DNA from: Candidatus Magnetobacterium cryptolimnobacter
Lineage (GTDB): Bacteria; Nitrospirota; Thermodesulfovibrionia; Thermodesulfovibrionales; Magnetobacteriaceae
DNA length: 30,811 bases
Assembly (NCBI GenBank): GCA_018606785.1
Contig: JAGYWH010000099.1
Span: 1 to 30,811, forward strand
Direction of reading: 5' to 3'
Shown here: positions 25,998 to 30,811 of the stretch, piece after piece
Numbering within the stretch: position 1 is the first letter of the stretch
How the letters are laid out: the number at the start of each line of letters is the position of its first letter
Notes under the pieces: generated by a model
What the model was told of the DNA's origin: nothing
The model's database searches: none
What the model saw: the letters and a program-made list of their open reading frames with translations, nothing else
Program-made: the position numbers and the translations under genes

Positions 25998-27530
25998 ATG
26001 AAGGCCATATATCCAGACAAGGGCGGGTTCCTGGCTGCCGTGGCGGATGGCTCTATCCCTGCCCTTTACAGGGAACTGACCTACAGACGGCCATCACTGT
26101 ACTACTCTGTCCTGAGACAGAAGAACTCCTTTATCCTTGAGAGCGTGCGCGGGTCAGTCAACACAGCCAGGTACTCCTTCATCGGCTTTGAACCTTACAT
26201 GACGGTCAAGGCAAATGGCTCTTTTGTTGAGGTACAAAAGGACGGCAAGAGGAGTCTGTCGTCAAAGGACCCGTTGACCAAACTCAGGGAGCTTATCGGC
26301 GGCTACAAGCAACGCATCTCAGGCAACCTGCCACCGTTTCAGGGTGGTGCAGTGGGGCTGTTGAGCTACGACCTGGTGCGCAGCATCGAGGACATCCCCA
26401 ACACGGCAATAAACGATCTGGACATCCCCCTGTTGCACTTCTTCATGATAGACAGGCTCATAGCGGTAGACCACGTCAGGGAGGTGGCGTGGTTGATTGT
26501 CTGCCCCGGCATCAGGCAAGACGGCCCCGTCTTTAATGCAGCCAAGATCAACTGGAGCCGCCAGTATGATGAAACGGCAGACTTTATCAATAACATGGCG
26601 TCCTTTTTGGAGGACAAGCTATCCGGTGTTGCCCCCACTGACATCATAAAACCTGCCCCTGAGCGCCATAGAACAATTGAGATCGTTCACGAAACAACAA
26701 AAGAACGCTACATGGGTATGGTCGGAAGGACACTGCAATACATAGGAGCCGGAGACATCTTTCAGGCCAATCTTTCGCAGAGGCTCTCGGCACGCATCGG
26801 GGATACGGACCCCTGGCAGATATACACCCTGCTGTCAACGGTGAATCCGTCGCCGTTTGCGTGTTTCCTGGATTTTGGTGACTATCAGATCGTCAGTTCT
26901 TCGCCGGAGAGGCTGGTCAGGGTCATGGCTAAACCCGACGGCTCATTGGTTGTCGATACGCGGCCCATTGCCGGGACGAGACCACGTGGCAAGGACGTTG
27001 GTGAGGATGATGCGTTACGCAGCGATCTCCTGCTCAACGAAAAGGAGTGTGCCGAACACATCATGCTCATTGATCTGGAGCGCAACGACCTGGGAAGGGT
27101 ATGCAGGTATGGCACGGTCGGCGTGGATGAGTTGATGATCACGGAGGACTACTCGCACGTCATCCACATCGTATCCAACGTCAGGGGCGTCCTCAACAGT
27201 GGTAAGGATTGCATAGACGTGATCAGGGCCGTCTTTCCCGGGGGGACTATCACGGGTGTACCCAAGGTGCGCTGTATGCAGATAATTGACGAGCTCGAAC
27301 CGGTTGCACGCGGCCCATACACGGGATCGGTGGGATATATCGGTTTTGCTCAAAATATGGATATCAATATAATCATACGCAGCTTTGTTGTCAAGGACGG
27401 TTACGCTTACGTTCAGGCAGGGGCCGGGATCGTAGCAGACTCAGACCCCGAAAGAGAGTACTACGAAACACTTAGCAAGGCAGAAGCCTTAATAAAAACA
27501 TTAAAGATTCTCTATGGAGGTAGCCTATGA
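25998..27530 (+). CDS. Chorismate-utilising enzyme of the TrpE/PabB family (second copy in window; aminodeoxychorismate synthase component I or a related ADC/isochorismate-type synthase)
   Basis: 510 aa. PIAGTRPRG, ...EKECAEHIMLIDLERNDLGRV...GVPKVRCMQIIDELE, collinear with TrpE at 14109-15593 but clearly paralogous. No glutaminase subunit adjacent. Confidence 0.8.
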   Translation: MKAIYPDKGGFLAAVADGSIPALYRELTYRRPSLYYSVLRQKNSFILESVRGSVNTARYSFIGFEPYMTVKANGSFVEVQKDGKRSLSSKDPLTKLRELIGGYKQRISGNLPPFQGGAVGLLSYDLVRSIEDIPNTAINDLDIPLLHFFMIDRLIAVDHVREVAWLIVCPGIRQDGPVFNAAKINWSRQYDETADFINNMASFLEDKLSGVAPTDIIKPAPERHRTIEIVHETTKERYMGMVGRTLQYIGAGDIFQANLSQRLSARIGDTDPWQIYTLLSTVNPSPFACFLDFGDYQIVSSSPERLVRVMAKPDGSLVVDTRPIAGTRPRGKDVGEDDALRSDLLLNEKECAEHIMLIDLERNDLGRVCRYGTVGVDELMITEDYSHVIHIVSNVRGVLNSGKDCIDVIRAVFPGGTITGVPKVRCMQIIDELEPVARGPYTGSVGYIGFAQNMDINIIIRSFVVKDGYAYVQAGAGIVADSDPEREYYETLSKAEALIKTLKILYGGSL

Positions 27531-27901
27531 GTGACAGGATACTATTGTCAACCGCAGATGTGAAACTAAAGGCAGAATTGAACAACAGCAAAACGGCGGA
27601 TACCTTCCGCCTGCTCTTGCCGCTGGAGGTGAGGATGGAGCGCTGGGGCGATGAGTACTACGGCGATTGTGGCATCAACGTCGATATCGCAGGGGATGCA
27701 AAGGAGGTCATGGAGGTGGGCGAGCTTGCGGTCTGGCCAATTGGCAATGCGCTCTGCATCTTTTTTGGCCCCACCCCGGTAAGCATAGGCGATGAACCAC
27801 GCGCCGCATCCAAGGTCAACCCCATCGGAAAACTGATCGACACCCCGGAACCACTTAAAAAACTCGCCGGCACCATCAGCGTTAAGATATCAGCCATATA
27901 A
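27527..27901 (+). CDS. Small cyclophilin-like-fold protein (DUF3830-like), translationally coupled (ATGA overlap) to the TrpE/PabB paralog
   Basis: 124 aa. ...AELNNSKTADTFRLLLPLEV...W..GDEYYG......GELAVWPIGNALCIFFGPTP matches my recollection of the cyclophilin-like DUF3830 family. Assigned from memory of that family; not searched. Confidence 0.5.
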   Translation: MSDRILLSTADVKLKAELNNSKTADTFRLLLPLEVRMERWGDEYYGDCGINVDIAGDAKEVMEVGELAVWPIGNALCIFFGPTPVSIGDEPRAASKVNPIGKLIDTPEPLKKLAGTISVKISAI

Positions 27902-27984
27902 CGAGTCTGGCTCATTTTGTTAGCCGTAAAAAATTTATGCACTCGGGCAATTGGGTGCATAAACTTTTGGTGGGTAAGATAAAC

Positions 27985-28083
27985 GGGGTCAAGGGGACTG
28001 GTCCCCTTGCAGGGGAGGTCAAGGAGGGGGCGGAGCCGCCCTTCTTGTAGGGGGTAGGGGGCGAAGCCCCCATTCTTTCTTTG
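27985..28083 (+). repeat. GC-rich bipartite palindromic repeat (copy R9) with a duplicated B-module; probable terminator of the upstream two-gene unit
   Basis: GGGGTCAAGGGGACTGGTCCCCTTGCAGGGGAGGTCAAGGAGGGGGCGGAGCCGCCCTTCTTGTAGGGGGTAGGGGGCGAAGCCCCCATTCTTTCTTTG. Confidence 0.9.
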
Positions 28084-28128
28084 ACGAAGCCACCAACTAC
28101 TTTCTTATGCACCCGGGCAATTCGGTCT

Positions 28129-28163
28129 CTTGACAAATCAACGCCATAAGTTTTACTATCCTG
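28129..28163 (+). promoter_or_regulatory. Putative sigma70 promoter for the substrate-binding protein gene
   Basis: TTGACA (28129-28134), then 18 nt, then TACTAT. GAGAGG Shine-Dalgarno directly before the ATG at 28169. Confidence 0.3.
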
Positions 28164-28168
28164 AGAGG

Positions 28169-29341
28169 ATGAAAAGAATTCCGATAATACTCTTTATGCT
28201 TATAGCCTTGCAGTTGGCAAGCTGTGCCAAGAAGGACAATCAAGTGCAGCCGGATGTTATCAAGGTAGGCGTGGTGGCAGAGCTGACGGGAGACATTCCT
28301 GCGGTGGGTGCATCGTGCAAGAGTGCGGCAGAGATGGCGGTTGCAGCGGTCAATGACGCCGGCGGGATATCCGTTGGTGGTAAAAAGTACAAGGTGCAGA
28401 TGTTTATCGAGGACAACGCCGGCAGGGCCGAGCAGTCTGCATCAGCCGTGCAAAAGCTCATCACGCAGCGCGGTGTTGTGGCCATCATAGGGCCTAATTC
28501 AAGCACCGGGGCAATACCGGCAGCCGAAATAGCCGAGGCCTCAAAGGTCACACTCATCACCCCGTGGTCAACCAACCCAAAGACGACCCTTGATTCCAGG
28601 ACCGGCAAACACAAGCAATACGTCTTTCGGGCCTGCTACCTCGACACGTTCCAGGGACAGGTGCTTGCCTCCTTTGCACGTGATGGCCTCAAGGCAAAGA
28701 CGGCAGCCGTGCTCTTTGACGTGGCGGCAGAGGCACTCAAGGGACAGGCCGAGGTCTTTAAGGGAACGTTTGAGCAAAAAGGTGGCAAAATCACTGCCTA
28801 TGAGACATACTCAACCGGAGACAGGGACTTTTCGGCACAACTGACCAAAATCAAACAGGACGCCCCGGATGTGTTGTTTCTGCCTGCATATTATAGCGAT
28901 GTCCCGTTGGTGGTGCAACAGGCACACAGATTGGGATTGTCGATGCCGTTTCTGGGAAGCGATGCCTGGGCAAGCTCCGAACTTACAAAGCTGTGCGCGG
29001 CAGACTGCGATGGCTACTTCTTTAGCAGTCATTACCTGTCGGAGTCAACGTCTGATATTTCCCAGCGGTTTGTCAAGGCATACAACGCTCTCTACAAGCA
29101 GGCCCCCGATGACGTGGCTGCCCTGACATACGATGCCTTTGGTGTCCTCTTCCAGGCGCTGGGCAAGCTCCAGAGGGTCGATACCGAGTCGGTCAGAAAC
29201 GCCTTGGCCTCTACGACTCAGTACGCGGGGGTCACCGGTAACATCAGGTACGTTGAAGGCTCGGGCGACCCTATTAAGGGTGCTGTCATGTTACAGATAA
29301 AAGACGGTAAATTCCAGTGGCACTCGCAGGCAAATCCGTAG
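28169..29341 (+). CDS. ABC transporter periplasmic substrate-binding lipoprotein, LivK/branched-chain amino acid-binding (Peripla_BP_6) family
   Basis: Lipoprotein signal MKRIPIILFMLIALQLASC (lipobox LASC). VIKVGVVAELTGDIPAVG...AIIGPNSS...ITPWSTNP is typical of Leu/Ile/Val-binding-protein-family SBPs. The ORF-track start at 28130 is an upstream TTG. Confidence 0.8.
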   Translation: MKRIPIILFMLIALQLASCAKKDNQVQPDVIKVGVVAELTGDIPAVGASCKSAAEMAVAAVNDAGGISVGGKKYKVQMFIEDNAGRAEQSASAVQKLITQRGVVAIIGPNSSTGAIPAAEIAEASKVTLITPWSTNPKTTLDSRTGKHKQYVFRACYLDTFQGQVLASFARDGLKAKTAAVLFDVAAEALKGQAEVFKGTFEQKGGKITAYETYSTGDRDFSAQLTKIKQDAPDVLFLPAYYSDVPLVVQQAHRLGLSMPFLGSDAWASSELTKLCAADCDGYFFSSHYLSESTSDISQRFVKAYNALYKQAPDDVAALTYDAFGVLFQALGKLQRVDTESVRNALASTTQYAGVTGNIRYVEGSGDPIKGAVMLQIKDGKFQWHSQANP

Positions 29342-29393
29342 GCAATGATAACATACTTCGATTGGATTAAATACAAGACATAGGCATTTTTAT

Positions 29394-29462
29394 GGGGTCA
29401 AGGGGACTGGTCCCCTTGCGGGGGGTTCTGAAGGGGGGCGGAGCCGCCCCTTTCTTTTTTTT
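29394..29462 (+). repeat. GC-rich bipartite palindromic repeat (copy R10); its B-module plus T-run forms a textbook intrinsic terminator for the SBP gene
   Basis: GGGGTCAAGGGGACTGGTCCCCTTGCGGGGGGTTCTGAAGGGGGGCGGAGCCGCCCCTTTCTTTTTTTT. Confidence 0.9.
29438..29462 (+). terminator. Rho-independent terminator (GGGGGGCGGAGCCGCCCC hairpin + T8) downstream of the SBP gene
   Basis: Perfect GC stem GGGGCGG/CCGCCCC with a 2-nt loop, followed by TTTCTTTTTTTT. Confidence 0.55.
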
Positions 29463-29469
29463 ATGTTGA

Positions 29470-30666
29470 ATGTATGACAATTGCAACGGGCCATTTTCCA
29501 TGAAGGTAGCCGTGTACGGTTCGCTGGGGATTGCGCGGCACGTCCTGGATGCTGCCAGGGTGCGTGGCGTTGAGGTTGCCGCTGTCGTGGATGCCGACCG
29601 GCAGCGACACGGACAGACGCTCTGCGATTACACGGTTGCACCGGTGAGCAGGCTCAGGGAGGTCAGCTTTGACGGCATCGTACTTGCCACGTTTGATTGG
29701 CAGGCGGCCAGGGATGCCATCTCAGGCGTCGCCGGATACACACATGAAGCGCTGTATGACGACGTATTCTGGGAGCCGTTCTTCATCCAGGCAGAGCCGA
29801 CGACAAAATGCACCTACTCCTGCCCCTCATGCAGCAGGGACACCCTGCCCGATGGCAGGAGAAACCGAAACATGTCCTTTGACGACTTTGAACGACTGCT
29901 CACCCGCTTTCCAACCGTAAAGCGCCTGCAACTCCAGGGACTTGGCGAACCCACCCTCAACCCCGCACTCATCGAAATGCTCAGGTTGAGCAAGGACAGG
30001 GGAATCAACACATCGATAACAACCAACGCCTCTGCCCTGCGCCGTAACATCGAAGGAGGTCTCCTGAAACACCTCGACAAACTGATCGTCTCCATAGACA
30101 CGCAGGGACAACGAGACATCAGGCAGCGGTATCTCACGGAGATCGCACCAGCGTTCAGCGCCCGGACGGCGGGAGCCCCCAGGGTGGTCTTTAACTTTGT
30201 AGTCGTTGGTGACAACGTTGATGAGCTTGCGTTGCTGTACGACTTTGTGACCGAGGCCTCACCCGATCAACTGCACATTCAGTTTGTAGAGAACTGGTAC
30301 ATAGAAGGGCAGGAGGGGTTTGAATCGATGTCCGCCTTTGTGGGCAAATCTTTAGAGGTCGAAAGTGAGATCACAGCGCAGGTAAGGGCATACAGCGCCA
30401 GGCTTGCCAAGTCCGGGATAGCGGTTACGTATGGCGGACCACAGCGCAGACGAGGGGTGTGTTGGTGGCCGTTTTTTGGATGCTTTATCTCCTGCGATGG
30501 CTTCCTCACACCATGCTGCATACGGATGCACCCGGAGGTCTTCAACATGGGCAATGCCCTGGAAGAAGACATTGGAGGTATCTGGTATGGCCCGGCATAT
30601 GCCGAACTTCGTCGCAGCATGTTCTCAACCAACAACAGCATCCTCTGTGGCACCTGCCCGCAGTGA
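29470..30666 (+). CDS. Radical SAM / SPASM-domain protein with an N-terminal Rossmann-like (Gfo/Idh/MocA-type) half-domain
   Basis: N-terminus MKVAVYGSLGIARHVLDA...GVEVAAVVDADRQRHG...FDGIVLATF resembles a GFO_IDH_MocA NAD-binding half. CTYSCPSC (Cx3Cx2C) forms the radical SAM cluster motif. The C-terminal Cys-rich region CWWPFFGCFISCDG...PCC...ILCGTCP is SPASM/twitch-like. An alternative start is the ATG at 29500. Confidence 0.7.
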   Translation: MYDNCNGPFSMKVAVYGSLGIARHVLDAARVRGVEVAAVVDADRQRHGQTLCDYTVAPVSRLREVSFDGIVLATFDWQAARDAISGVAGYTHEALYDDVFWEPFFIQAEPTTKCTYSCPSCSRDTLPDGRRNRNMSFDDFERLLTRFPTVKRLQLQGLGEPTLNPALIEMLRLSKDRGINTSITTNASALRRNIEGGLLKHLDKLIVSIDTQGQRDIRQRYLTEIAPAFSARTAGAPRVVFNFVVVGDNVDELALLYDFVTEASPDQLHIQFVENWYIEGQEGFESMSAFVGKSLEVESEITAQVRAYSARLAKSGIAVTYGGPQRRRGVCWWPFFGCFISCDGFLTPCCIRMHPEVFNMGNALEEDIGGIWYGPAYAELRRSMFSTNNSILCGTCPQ

Positions 30667-30710
30667 AGGAAAAAACGGATAACTATGATCGTAATAGTTC
30701 ACCCCCCTAA

Positions 30711-30782
30711 GAAGAAGGAAAGAAAGGGGCGGCTCCGCCCCCCTTCAGAACCCCCTGCAAGGGGGCCAGCCCCCTTGACCCC
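30711..30782 (-). repeat. GC-rich bipartite palindromic repeat (copy R11) downstream of the radical SAM gene
   Basis: The minus strand reads GGGGTCAAGGGGGCTGGCCCCCTTGCAGGGGGTTCTGAAGGGGGGCGGAGCCGCCCCTTTCTTTCCTTCTTC. Confidence 0.9.
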
Positions 30783-30811
30783 TTCTTACCTTGTTGACAT
30801 TGGGTTGATTA

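Noticed and set aside
3115-30782. GC-rich repeats as a CRISPR array or integron attC sites
   Set aside because: Copies are kilobases apart, in both orientations, with modular length variation and no regular spacers. The flanking genes are housekeeping genes on both strands, not a unidirectional cassette array.

Overview
This 30.8 kb window is a chromosomal segment of a diderm (Gram-negative type) bacterium. Core genes are about 55% GC, interrupted by several AT-rich islets. I cannot assign a taxon from the sequence alone.

Housekeeping content on the minus strand:
- A thiamine operon, thiG-thiE-thiC, with an ATGA stop/start overlap between thiE and thiC.
- A lipid A / LPS block: a Gfo/Idh/MocA oxidoreductase and a DegT aminotransferase (a GnnA/GnnB-like pair) upstream of lpxB, then waaA(kdtA).
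- A trp operon, trpE-trpG-[Uma2]-[mnt-hepT]-trpD.
- hisF, and a CPBP intramembrane protease.

Housekeeping content on the plus strand:
- A PseI/NeuB-family nonulosonic acid synthase.
- A 661-aa flotillin/SPFH protein.
- A TrpE/PabB-family chorismate-utilising enzyme translationally coupled to a small cyclophilin-like protein.
- A LivK-type ABC substrate-binding lipoprotein.
- A radical SAM/SPASM protein with an unusual N-terminal Rossmann-like half-domain.

A methyl-accepting chemotaxis protein (minus strand) carries a CxxCH heme motif in its periplasmic sensor domain.

Accessory or unusual content:
- A very dense family of about 70-120 bp GC-rich bipartite palindromic intergenic repeats, with 10 full and 2 partial copies. 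Core modules are GGGGTCAAGGGGACTGGTCCCCTTGC and GGGGGCGGAGCCGCCCC followed by TTCTTTCTT. Several six-frame ORFs are falsely extended through them.
- A second, MITE-like repeat with 8-bp terminal inverted repeats TGGATTCC/GGAATCCA, in two copies.
- A low-GC Rpn (YhgA-like) nuclease gene inserted between lpxB and waaA.
- An MNT/HepT toxin-antitoxin cassette sitting exactly in place of the body of a second Uma2-like gene inside the trp operon, with recognisable flanking duplications.
- Two AT-rich islets of hypothetical genes. The 15.6-18.2 kb islet (TM2-domain membrane protein, two paralogous small proteins, a PNP-family nucleosidase with an anomalous 5' end) is my best candidate for an undescribed accessory, possibly defence, module.

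My nucleotide indexing can be off by 1 nt around 21.9 kb; ORF-track coordinates were used where available.
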